From: Albugo candida
Taxonomy: Eukaryota
DNA length: 64,000 bases
Direction of reading: 5' to 3'
Assembly: GCA_040437565.1 (NCBI GenBank)
Contig: JBDOQK010000031.1
Span: 1-64,000, forward strand
This document shows positions 13,501 through 23,191 of this stretch, in pieces (positions within the stretch are counted from its first letter, which is position 1; each line of letters opens with the position of its first letter). Made by a program: the position numbers and the translations under genes. A model generated the notes under the pieces. That model did no database searches, was not told the DNA's origin, and was given only the letters and a program-made list of their open reading frames with translations.

Positions 13501-13611
13501 CCCGACACTTGCGTCTCCAGAAGAAACTGTTATGTTACATGTGTTGGCCGAAGCATAGACGCTGCCAAAAAGGCTAAGAAAGATGATTGCTTTGCGGAGC
13601 AAAAGAAACAT
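7598..13611 (-). CDS. Giant type I membrane, mucin-like surface protein: signal peptide, 6 six-Cys modules, 70-aa S/T/P/E/D tandem repeats, 7 six-Cys modules, TM helix, short tail
   Basis: N-terminal hydrophobic MFLLLRKAIIFLSLFGSVYA and C-terminal TM YAIIAAAAVGAVAILALVGML followed by RTAYRR. The two ORFs (11749-13611 and 7598-11752) share identical sequence across the gap at 11772-11871, so they are one gene. Confidence 0.85.
10040..11552. repeat. 210-bp (70-aa) near-perfect coding tandem repeat, about 7 copies visible, interrupted by an N gap
   Basis: 'ggctcgacgctctcatcatttaatgaaga' recurs at 10041, 10251, 10461 and 10671 (period 210) and again after the gap at 10793-10892. Confidence 0.95.
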
Positions 13612-13886
13612 ATGAAAAGGTGGAATTTTCTTGAGAGATTAGAGAGTATGGATCACGTGACGCGTCCTCGCCAAAATCAAGAATGCCATCACACACAGAT
13701 AACACGATTCGAGTCTCACGACGCCTCAACTGTGCAGTTCTTTTGGAACGGTCGACTAGCCATATAGACTCTTTGTGCTCAGGATGGACGGCTACGAATG
13801 ATTCCAAGCCAATAGACACACGACGCTTCCACATGGAGACCTCTGGCCTGTGGCTCTTGAACGCACTTTCATATCAGCCATTATAT

Positions 13887-16532
13887 CTATCGAATCTGTT
13901 GAATGGCTCTTTCCACTTGCGCAAGAAACGATGTCTCAATTGCCTCTATAATCGCATGTGATCGTCCATAACCGCACTTGAGGCTATTCAGCACGCATCA
14001 ATACACTGCAAATTCCTATACAAAACGTACATAAATAGCGCCTGATGGAGCAAAGTACGCGCCGCTTCCAAAAGCGGCAGCGCATGGGACGAGTAACTTT
14101 CGAGTTGTAAAAAAAGACATAAACGCGCCGATAATTGCACGCTTTTGGATGACTTCATTTCCGCGAGAGTACTGAGAATTCTCGCAAATGACAAACATAG
14201 TAATCCTCGCGAAGGAAGAGCTCTTGTTGGCAGAATCCATTCAGTCGCTTGATATTCTTCAAACGTATAGTGCAACGCACGTAATTGACGCTCTATTTCC
14301 GAGCACGATGGGTTGGAAAGCCATGCGTTTGATAGCGCGCGGGCTGTATTGGCTCGCTCAGCGTTTTTGTAATGTACTTGTAATAATTCCGCTACTTTCC
14401 ATTGCCGTTCCAACGAAAGGAGAGACGTATCAGAGCTCTTGAGAGCGGATTGCCACTCGGAAAACAGTTTTTCAAACTCCTTATCGATGTGTGTCTCATG
14501 CGCGCACACATAACATCGGAGAACTCGCTTTTCTGAATCCAATATTCGAACGCTTTCTGATGTACCGCTGCATTGATCGCATGCAAAGCCTTCCAGAAAT
14601 GCGTCTTCATCCGGTGCATTACAATTACAACGCTCACACAAACAATCGAAAAAGTAGGATGAGCGTAAAAGATTTTTCCGTAAGGGTGTGGGTAAGAAAA
14701 CGTCCACGTATGAAATCTGCCATACAAGCTGTTTATCATCCGCAGGAGAAGGGATATACGCGTACCGTGAGCTCCTGACCTGATAGAATCTTGTCAATGG
14801 TCTGAATAACAGCTTGTTTGCTGTTCAAATCGAAACGTACGATGCAATTGGGAGCGCAGGAATGGTTCAGCATGGCAGCTTTTGGGTACAATCCGATTCC
14901 AAGAGGTTCATTAAGCGTATTGCAAATAGTGAAAACGTTGCATTGAACGATACAGAAAAGCTTTTTGATTTTCAAAAGTATGCCTCTCATACTATCACTC
15001 TTCTCGATTTCTTGAGGCTGAAGCGAATTCGATTTGATGATATTTCCACGGCAAAGGTTCAAAATCACTAATTGAGCCATTTCATGAAATTCCTGCAATT
15101 TGTCTTCGCCAAAGTCGTCTAACGCACAAAGTTCGAATCAGAGCGAAATTGCGTTCAAAAAGCGGTAAGTACGACCATAGTGATGACAGAGATCGCCTAT
15201 GGGGTCCGATGAAGCGTTTTGGAACAATCGCGTTGTTAGACGCATGACAAAGAGAATGGTTGGATACGATTGCGAACGCTTTTTGCTGTTACGTGAACGC
15301 AGTAATTGTTCGACTGTTTCCCACAAAGAGCATTNNNNNNNNNNNNNNNNNNNNNNNNNNNNNNNNNNNNNNNNNNNNNNNNNNNNNNNNNNNNNNNNNN
15401 NNNNNNNNNNNNNNNNNNNNNNNNNNNNNNNNNNTCTGAATCCAATATTCGAACGCTTTCTGATGTACCGCTGCATTGATCGCATGCAAAGCCTTCCAGA
15501 AATGCGTCTTCATCCGGTGCATTACAATTACAACGCTCACACAAACAATCGAAAAAGTAGGATGAGCGTAAAAGATTTTTCCGTAAGGGTGTGGGTAAGA
15601 AAACGTCCACGTATGAAATCTGCCATACAAGCTGTTTATCATCCGCAGGAGAAGGGATATACGCGTACCGTGAGCTCCTGACCTGATAGAATCTTGTCAA
15701 TGGTCTGAATAACAGCTTGTTTGCTGTTCAAATCGAAACGTACGATGCAATTGGGAGCGCAGGAATGGTTCAGCATGGCAGCTTTTGGGTACAATCCGAT
15801 TCCAAGAGGTTCATTAAGCGTATTGCAAATAGTGAAAACGTTGCATTGAACGATACAGAAAAGCTTTTTGATTTTCAAAAGTATGCCTCTCATACTATCA
15901 CTCTTCTCGATTTCTTGAGGCTGAAGCGAATTCGATTTGATGATATTTCCACGGCAAAGGTTCAAAATCACTAATTGAGCCATTTCATGAAATTCCTGCA
16001 ATTTGTCTTCGCCAAAGTCGTCTAACGCACAAAGTTCGAATCAGAGCGAAATTGCGTTCAAAAAGCGGTAAGTACGACCATAGTGATGACAGAGATCGCC
16101 TATGGGGTCCGATGAAGCGTTTTGGAACAATCGCGTTGTTAGACGCATGACAAAGAGAATGGTTGGATACGATTGCGAACGCTTTTTGCTGTTACGTGAA
16201 CGCAGTAATTGTTCGACTGTTTCCCACAAAGAGCATTCGGATCGATGATTTCCTTCGATCCAGTCAAGTTTCTGGCATTTTTTGCTACAGTATCGAACCG
16301 TTTTGCATCGACTGCAGCGGAATAGATACGTTGTCGATTCAGATGGAAGCAACGCAGAACATGAGCTATGGACGTGATCTGGGATGGAAGTAAAACACCA
16401 ATTGCATGCGCATAGTGATATGGAAGCATATGCGTCATCGACCAACACTGAAATACCCGCAGGAAGATTGGTATTCGCAATAACAGTACGACCTCGAATC
16501 GGCTCGTGACTCACTCGAATCAGCTCGTCCAT
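13887..16532 (-). CDS. SET and MYND domain (SMYD-type) lysine methyltransferase, multi-exon; the middle part appears twice because of the gap duplication
   Basis: 'RGRTVIA', MYND finger 'CNWC..CSRCKTVRYCSKKCQKLDW...HRSEC', 'GLYPKAAMLNHSCAPNC', 'ISYVD' and post-SET 'YFFDCLCERC'. Sequence 14532-15334 repeats at 15435-16237 (offset 903). Confidence 0.88.
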
Positions 16533-16619
16533 GCTCGTATCAGATAAACTCAGATATATATCAGACTTGTCAAGCCTCAGACATTCAGATAACCGCCATA
16601 TTGTACAAGCAACATTTCA
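16533..16619. promoter_or_regulatory. Very short bidirectional promoter region between the SMYD and TPI start codons
   Basis: Only 87 nt separate the divergent ATGs at 16532 (-) and 16620 (+). Confidence 0.55.
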
Positions 16620-17491
16620 ATGGTTTCTTCCAACTCGCAGCGAAAGCCATTCATTGGCGGCAATTGGAAATGTGTATGTATTCCTTGTACAACGATATAC
16701 GCAGCTAATTGATTTATTGGTCCAGAATGGCGTTAAAGGCTTTATCGATCAATTTTTAAAAGAAACAATCAATCCAATTGAGACAGCTAAAGTCGACGTT
16801 GTCATCGCTGTCCCTTCGGTATACATTGAGTACACATCACGCTGTATCCAGTCGGGAATTGCTGTTGCGGCTCAAAATGTGAGTGCGACGGGCTTTGGCG
16901 CGTACACGGGCGAGATTGCTGCCCAGCAATTGAAAGGTTGGATCACTCTCTTGATGAACTTTATATGAACTCAGAAATCGCGTTGTAGATGTCGGAGTCA
17001 AATGGACGCTAACAGGACACTCAGAGCGTCGTTCAAAGTACCACGAGACCGACGAGATTGTCGCGACCAAGACCAAACAAGCTTTAGATGCCGACCTCAA
17101 TGTCATTTTTTGTATTGGCGAGTCACTGGAAGAACGTGAAGGAAACAAAACGATGGACGTTTTAATACAACAGACTCAAGCATTAATTCGTCTCCTTGAT
17201 GACGAGCAACTCTGGAAGCGTATTGTGGTCGCATATGAGCCCATTTGGGCTATTGGAACCGGTAAAGTAGCGAGCCCAGCACAAGCACAAGAAACACAAA
17301 AAGCATTGCGGGAATGGATCGCACAAAATGTGTCAGCTGATATCGGAAGTAACCTTCGTATCATTTATGGGGGCTCTGTCAATCTTGGCAATTGCGAAAA
17401 GCTCATCGCTTGCGAGGATGTCGATGGATTTCTTATCGGAGGTGCGTCATTAAAGCCGGAATTCGCCGAAATTATCCAGCGTGCGAGTTGA
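16620..17491 (+). CDS. TPI: Triosephosphate isomerase (exons 16620-16673, 16726-16936, 16989-17491)
   Basis: 'KPFIGGNWKC|NG', 'AAQNVS', 'GAYTGE', 'GHSERR', 'AYEPIWAIGTG', 'IIYGGSV' and 'DGFLIGGASLK'. Both introns are GT..AG and preserve frame. Confidence 0.96.
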
Positions 17492-17597
17492 TTCTGAAAC
17501 TTTGAGCATCGAGCACTGAATGCGAGAATATCTTGCAATTTTGAAAAAAAAGTGTTTATACACTAAAAGAATCGTTGTATTCATTTTGAGCATTATC

Positions 17598-19244
17598 TCA
17601 ACATTTTGTGCGCTTGGTCCGCTTTGACCCTCGCGAGTCCTGTACCGTTGACCCTGTGATTGTGTTGCGTCGTGTGATTGACGTGCGAGCATCCCGAGGT
17701 CGTTCCTCGTGCATTTCGTCCCAAACGCATCCCAACACAGTTTGTACAAAGTTTGCCACAGGCGCCTTCTGTTCTTGAGATTGACGACGTTCCTGTACCA
17801 CAATGTTACAAGTTTTACAAACTCGTTCAGCGGTCAAACCATCATACTTGTTCCGTTTACAAATGCTCAATCGGATTGGCTCAGGAAAATGCTCACTGTC
17901 CACGGTCGTTTGCGTACACTGACCGCAACAAAGACGACCACAATGGCGACAATGATGGCGTCGGATACCGATACCAAACCGGTTGAATCGTCGAGAGCAT
18001 ATCATACACTCTTTCCGGTCCAGATCTGGAATCCATACAGGCGGATGCGATATATAGCCAATCATACGACGAAGTCGTTTACGATTGACACGATCAAACA
18101 CAGTGCGATTTTTAGCGTCTTTGGCATCCATTCGAGCGCCGTATTCCACGAGACGACAAGCAATTTCGAAAAGATCGTGATCCAAAGCAGCATGAACGGT
18201 CGAAGAGTCGTTGACAAAAACTTTGGGATTCGAACCATATTGTAGCAATAGCTCTGTGATTGCGGGATCGTCCTTCCGAGCAGTGAGAATATGAGCCACC
18301 AACGGTGTATGACCACGTGAATTTGCTTTGAAGACGGAAGCGTTGGCATTTTCAAGGAGATATTGAGTGATACGACGCGATTTTGCAGCCGCAAGATGAA
18401 GCGGAGTGTTCAAGCGCGCATCTACTGCATCAATCAATAACTTGCGATATTTCTTATCACATAGTATCTGAACACATTCCATGTGACCATATCGAACTGC
18501 AAGATGCAAAGCGTTCTGCTTGTGAATAGGATCACGTTCAGTGACGTTTGTGCTGCGGTCATCCAAATAATACTTCAAACGATGTGCATTGCCCTTTTTT
18601 GCTGCTCGTAAAAGCGAAGATAGCCCATCGTCTTCGTCGTCATCTTGGTCAAAATCAGCTCGAATGGTTGCCAAACTATCTCTTCGTGAGCTTTGCGTTG
18701 TTCGATCTGTTAGTTGCTGCGAGTAATTGGAAAGACGACGATCCTGATTCGATATTGGGTGCTTAGAGGGTACTCCAAATTGGACTTTTTTGGTACTTGG
18801 TCGTTGCTCAGGGGATACATGTGTTTCCGTGTTTGGTGAGTCTTTGACGCTAGAGTCCGTTGAGGAAGAAATTGGTGAAGGTGGTGTCTCCTCTGACGCA
18901 CTTGTGATGCTTTTTCCGTGTAAGGATTCAAATCCACCGCTTTGCGATAAACACGATGATGACGAGGGTGTCTCTTTGGAGTAAGTGGATGCGGGTGAGT
19001 CAATTCCCATTGTTTCCACAGCAGTGCATACATCGAAATCTTTATGTTTCTTTAGAATATCTTCGGGCAGAGATGGTTGGAGTTTGTCCCGCGGGGCGTT
19101 ATACCACGGCGGGTCATCGGACACGATCTCCTCTTCCTCGTCACTGAATGAGTAGACGTACTCGGATTTGGAAAGGCAACCAGATGGTTTCGCACCGTTT
19201 ACGGCTCGTGTGAGGGAAGGCGATGATATGGGACTCATGTACAA
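17598..19244 (-). CDS. Ankyrin-repeat plus C-terminal FYVE zinc-finger protein (5' part repeated after the gap at 19378-19477)
   Basis: Ankyrin motifs 'ALHLAVRYGH', 'TPLHLAA' and 'GHTPL'. FYVE signatures 'WIPD', 'CMIC', 'RRHHCRHCG..CCGQC' and 'RVCKTC'. Confidence 0.9.
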   Translation of the reverse strand: MYMSPISSPSLTRAVNGAKPSGCLSKSEYVYSFSDEEEEIVSDDPPWYNAPRDKLQPSLPEDILKKHKDFDVCTAVETMGIDSPASTYSKETPSSSSCLSQSGGFESLHGKSITSASEETPPSPISSSTDSSVKDSPNTETHVSPEQRPSTKKVQFGVPSKHPISNQDRRLSNYSQQLTDRTTQSSRRDSLATIRADFDQDDDEDDGLSSLLRAAKKGNAHRLKYYLDDRSTNVTERDPIHKQNALHLAVRYGHMECVQILCDKKYRKLLIDAVDARLNTPLHLAAAKSRRITQYLLENANASVFKANSRGHTPLVAHILTARKDDPAITELLLQYGSNPKVFVNDSSTVHAALDHDLFEIACRLVEYGARMDAKDAKNRTVFDRVNRKRLRRMIGYISHPPVWIPDLDRKECMICSRRFNRFGIGIRRHHCRHCGRLCCGQCTQTTVDSEHFPEPIRLSICKRNKYDGLTAERVCKTCNIVVQERRQSQEQKAPVANFVQTVLGCVWDEMHEERPRDARTSITRRNTITGSTVQDSRGSKRTKRTKC

Positions 19245-20493
19245 TGCAAGAAGGCCAACGTTTGGATATAATTAAGACCCGTGAAGATTTTGTCCCAAGT
19301 CTAGGCGGGATGTGGCTCTTACTCAATGAGTGCAAAGTGTACTCTCTTCAATGTAACAAAGTTTTATTGTGGTTGTGNNNNNNNNNNNNNNNNNNNNNNN
19401 NNNNNNNNNNNNNNNNNNNNNNNNNNNNNNNNNNNNNNNNNNNNNNNNNNNNNNNNNNNNNNNNNNNNNNNNNNNNNTCCGTGTTTGGTGAGTCTTTGAC
19501 GCTAGAGTCCGTTGAGGAAGAAATTGGTGAAGGTGGTGTCTCCTCTGACGCACTTGTGATGCTTTTTCCGTGTAAGGATTCAAATCCACCGCTTTGCGAT
19601 AAACACGATGATGACGAGGGTGTCTCTTTGGAGTAAGTGGATGCGGGTGAGTCAATTCCCATTGTTTCCACAGCAGTGCATACATCGAAATCTTTATGTT
19701 TCTTTAGAATATCTTCGGGCAGAGATGGTTGGAGTTTGTCCCGCGGGGCGTTATACCACGGCGGGTCATCGGACACGATCTCCTCTTCCTCGTCACTGAA
19801 TGAGTAGACGTACTCGGATTTGGAAAGGCAACCAGATGGTTTCGCACCGTTTACGGCTCGTGTGAGGGAAGGCGATGATATGGGACTCATGTACAATGCA
19901 AGAAGGCCAACGTTTGGATATAATTAAGACCCGTGAAGATTTTGTCCCAAGTCTAGGCGGGATGTGGCTCTTACTCAATGAGTGCAAAGTGTACTCTCTT
20001 CAATGTAACAAAGTTTTATTGTGGTTGTGGTTTCCCAGTACGTAGCGAGTTCCACTTTTGACACGACTGGAAAATTGTCTTGGCTTTTTGTGTCACTTGA
20101 AGTATACTCAACTACTGGCTTTTTGGAACATTTCAAATAGAAGCTACATGTGGTGCGTCCTCTACAGTCAAACTCTTTTAGTGTTGAGCCAATCAGATGC
20201 GCCCACACCAGTCGCGCAGCTGTAACAGGGTCAGCTGCGTGTAATGTTTCTAAAAGTTGCGGCTCACAGAGCCCTTAGTAACGCGTGGTTATACCACAAC
20301 CAAAAAGAATATTGCTTTTTCTATGCCCTAACAATGCGGTATAGATTATGTGTTTTATCGTACATTACGCCTAAAATACGATCGCAGGAGTCCTGAGTGG
20401 TACCAGAGAGGCCGTCTCAGAGCATGGTTCATAAATATTTGGTACACGGGGATATAGCGATTGAAACAAAATCTAAACGATATATTTCCAAAT

Positions 20494-20728
20494 TTATCTC
20501 GCATTTTGTATTGACTTAATTGCTTCTGTTATGCTCTCTAGTTGATGCTTGACGTCATCGCTGATCTAAGTAGGAAGTTTGCTACTAAACTATTGACGAG
20601 AAGTAATAAATGCGTATTGTTCTTACAGTAACGTTAGAGTCTTCACCATCTGTTTGCTGTTGCAAGAATAATTGCAATGTCTTTATGGCGTCATCCAGCT
20701 CAACCGACGCAACCTCCAAGACTTCCAT
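20494..20728 (-). CDS. Small 57-aa two-exon protein of unknown function (exons 20728-20627 and 20565-20494)
   Basis: ATG at 20728 and a phase-0, 61-nt GTAAGA..TTAG intron give MEVLEVASVELDDAIKTLQLFLQQQTDGEDSNVT|ISDDVKHQLESITEAIKSIQNAR*. It is divergent from the FAM183-like gene. Confidence 0.55.
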
Positions 20729-20927
20729 TCGTTTGGGACCACTCGCTTGATTTACTAGCGAATCAAAAGTGATCGATATAAAAATCAGATCTGAGTCATT
20801 AGACTGATTCTTCAATTGCACAATGTCGAATGCCGATGTATTTATAGTTGGTGTCAATGTAATTATAAAACATTTGCATTTTGCACTCTTTGCAAAAACT
20901 CAGATCCAAATAATATCAAACGAGTCT

Positions 20928-21544
20928 ATGAGTGTGAGAAACCCCAGAGACTCAAAACTCGCTGCATTCGATGAGGTCGCACGGAATCAGATATGGCGAG
21001 AGCAGCTACGCAAAGAGTACGAACAAGAAAGCACCCTTACGCCTTTTCAGCTCAATCTAAAATACCGTACGTCGCACGTGCATTATGTTGACGTATCTTT
21101 ACTGATTCAGCATAGTACATTCAATCCCTTTGAAGCCTACACAAGTTCATCCGGCAGCCTTTGCAGAACACGTGCAGGAGCGTCAAGATGGTTCAGAGGA
21201 AATGAAATTGAAGCTTCAGGCATACAACAAAAAACTGAATGAGAAATCAGACACACCTCTAACAGAAACTCAACGCATTGGGTGCGTCAGCGTATTTTAT
21301 CCAATTGTATTACGATTGATCTCATTTATGTTTCTGAATGTAGTTGGCATCATCAAGTCGCATTGGATGGTGTACGCAGAGAAATGCAACAACGGATGTA
21401 CAAAGGGAGAGGAAGGTAAATTTACTTGGGAACCTTCTGTTCTGAAACTAACGATTACTGTCTAGCTGCGATGTGACTAAATTTGCGAGTTCGTATTGCG
21501 CCATGGCAGGATGCAGCCCTTTTGCAGAGAAAGGTATTCGCTGA
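20928..21544 (+). CDS. FAM183/CFAP144-like flagellar protein, about 4 exons
   Basis: Spliced product contains 'DEVARNQIWREQLRKE', 'TPLTETQRIG|W' and 'CDVTKFASSYCAMAGCSPF', matching my recollection of the FAM183 pattern. Confidence 0.65.
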
Positions 21545-21667
21545 AGCGTACCGTGGGAAGGATAATAGAAGACTAATTACGTCTTGTCATAACGGTCATC
21601 GTGTTTGATTGGTCAAAATGAAAGCGGTATAGGAGTTCCTAAACGAATTGAATAATAAGAATTTGAT

Positions 21668-23128
21668 ATGAGTCGATGGCAAACAGTTTCTGCTTCAGCT
21701 GGCGAAGCACTCCGTCGACTGCGACAATATGCAGCAGTACTCGATACGGAACGCGAAGGTTCACCGAGTAACATACCCATTGTAGAATCTTCTACCACCA
21801 GGCCAGAAAGCAGCGCTCAACCTACTCGAGGTAGGTCTGTACGAGCAGACAACACACACGAGGAACGCGACAATCAGTTTATACAGGAAAACGAGATTTC
21901 GTTCTCACAGAGCTCACACGAACAAGATAATCGGGATCATAAAAGCCCAAAGGGAATGCATTCTCACGATGCGGTGGAGACCGAAGGATTCTGGATCGGG
22001 TCCGATTCCACTGACAATAACCAGAACACGTCAAACAATCACAATGTAGAAGGCGAAGCACTTCCCTTAGCGAGTGCGGATCCATGCGATCGTTATGTTC
22101 GAATCCTGGACACAAGTGGAAAGTTTTACAAAATCCAGTGCGATTTGGATTGTTCGGTTTTGGAGCTCAAGACAAAGGTGCTAGAGTGCGCAGATGTTCC
22201 AATCCCCTCACAGAGACTCATATTCCGTGGAAGAGTATTAGTCGATGAGCAAGTACTTCAGCAGTGTGAAGTGGAACACGGGCATACAATTCACTTATTT
22301 GTGCGAATACACCAATCTCCGAGTGAATTGGAAGGGCAGACTTTGATTGAAGATAGTGTTGACAGTGGGGATCGAAACAACAACAATAATGGAAGCGTCT
22401 TCTACGATGATGGTCACATGAGCATGATGCATATGTCGAATCACGGGGTCTCATCCGCCGTATACCCTTCCGATTCTATTCGTGGAATAGACCCACTGAT
22501 GCTGGATTCTCCTTTAGGCAATGCTGCTCGACGAGTAAAGCTATGGAGCTCATTTCTACTGATAATTTATACGATGAAAGTGATGGGACAATTCGCATTA
22601 TTAGCGAATGATCAACAAGCTAGGAGTCGTCAAGCCAATCACGCGCTGGATGAACGCGATGCAGAGATGGCGCATCAACAATTATATCAATATGGCGCCT
22701 ATTTCAAGCAGAGTCCGATAACCCGAGGGATAGAATTGGTTGTGCATGCGTTTGGAGTTTATATTGGCTGTATTGGATTTAAAGCTGCGCACGGAACGGA
22801 TGTCCGCCCAATTCGATTTTTTTGTCGTGGAGTGGTCTGGCTTGCGGTATTGACAGTGTTGGAACAAGTGTACATCACCATTCAGATCTCCAACTCTGAT
22901 TTGTATCCACGTGATAGAATTGAGATAGGATACGGGCAGACATCGGCTTTGGATGACGTTGTTTCCGCCAACATTTTCCAAGCGGTGATGTTGACTGTCA
23001 TGTGGGTGATCGTGATCCATCACGCATATGCGCATCAAGATGAAATTAGTCGATATAACCAGTCCTTCGCCCATGCCGCAATGAATACGATTCCTGTGGC
23101 TCACATTCCCACCGAGGTCGTGGTTTAG
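21668..23128 (+). CDS. Ubiquitin-like domain protein with about 4 C-terminal transmembrane helices
   Basis: UBL 'SVLELKTKV....VPIPSQRLIFRGRVLVDEQVLQQCEVEHGHTIHLFVR' is followed by hydrophobic segments (LWSSFLLIIY, LVVHAFGVYIGCIGF, GVVWLAVLTVL, IFQAVMLTVMWVIVI). Confidence 0.8.
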   Translation: MSRWQTVSASAGEALRRLRQYAAVLDTEREGSPSNIPIVESSTTRPESSAQPTRGRSVRADNTHEERDNQFIQENEISFSQSSHEQDNRDHKSPKGMHSHDAVETEGFWIGSDSTDNNQNTSNNHNVEGEALPLASADPCDRYVRILDTSGKFYKIQCDLDCSVLELKTKVLECADVPIPSQRLIFRGRVLVDEQVLQQCEVEHGHTIHLFVRIHQSPSELEGQTLIEDSVDSGDRNNNNNGSVFYDDGHMSMMHMSNHGVSSAVYPSDSIRGIDPLMLDSPLGNAARRVKLWSSFLLIIYTMKVMGQFALLANDQQARSRQANHALDERDAEMAHQQLYQYGAYFKQSPITRGIELVVHAFGVYIGCIGFKAAHGTDVRPIRFFCRGVVWLAVLTVLEQVYITIQISNSDLYPRDRIEIGYGQTSALDDVVSANIFQAVMLTVMWVIVIHHAYAHQDEISRYNQSFAHAAMNTIPVAHIPTEVVV

Positions 23129-23191
23129 AAATCGACAATGAAGCAGTAAATACAATCCAAAACTCCAAGTTGAATCATCCAGTCCTCACTC

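Noticed and set aside
14532-16237. Apparent tandem duplication of the SMYD gene
   Set aside because: The copies look identical and abut a 100-N gap, as at the other gaps, so this is an unmerged contig overlap.
18826-20029. Second, truncated copy of the ankyrin-FYVE 5' end
   Set aside because: Identical sequence flanks the gap at 19378-19477; assembly artefact.
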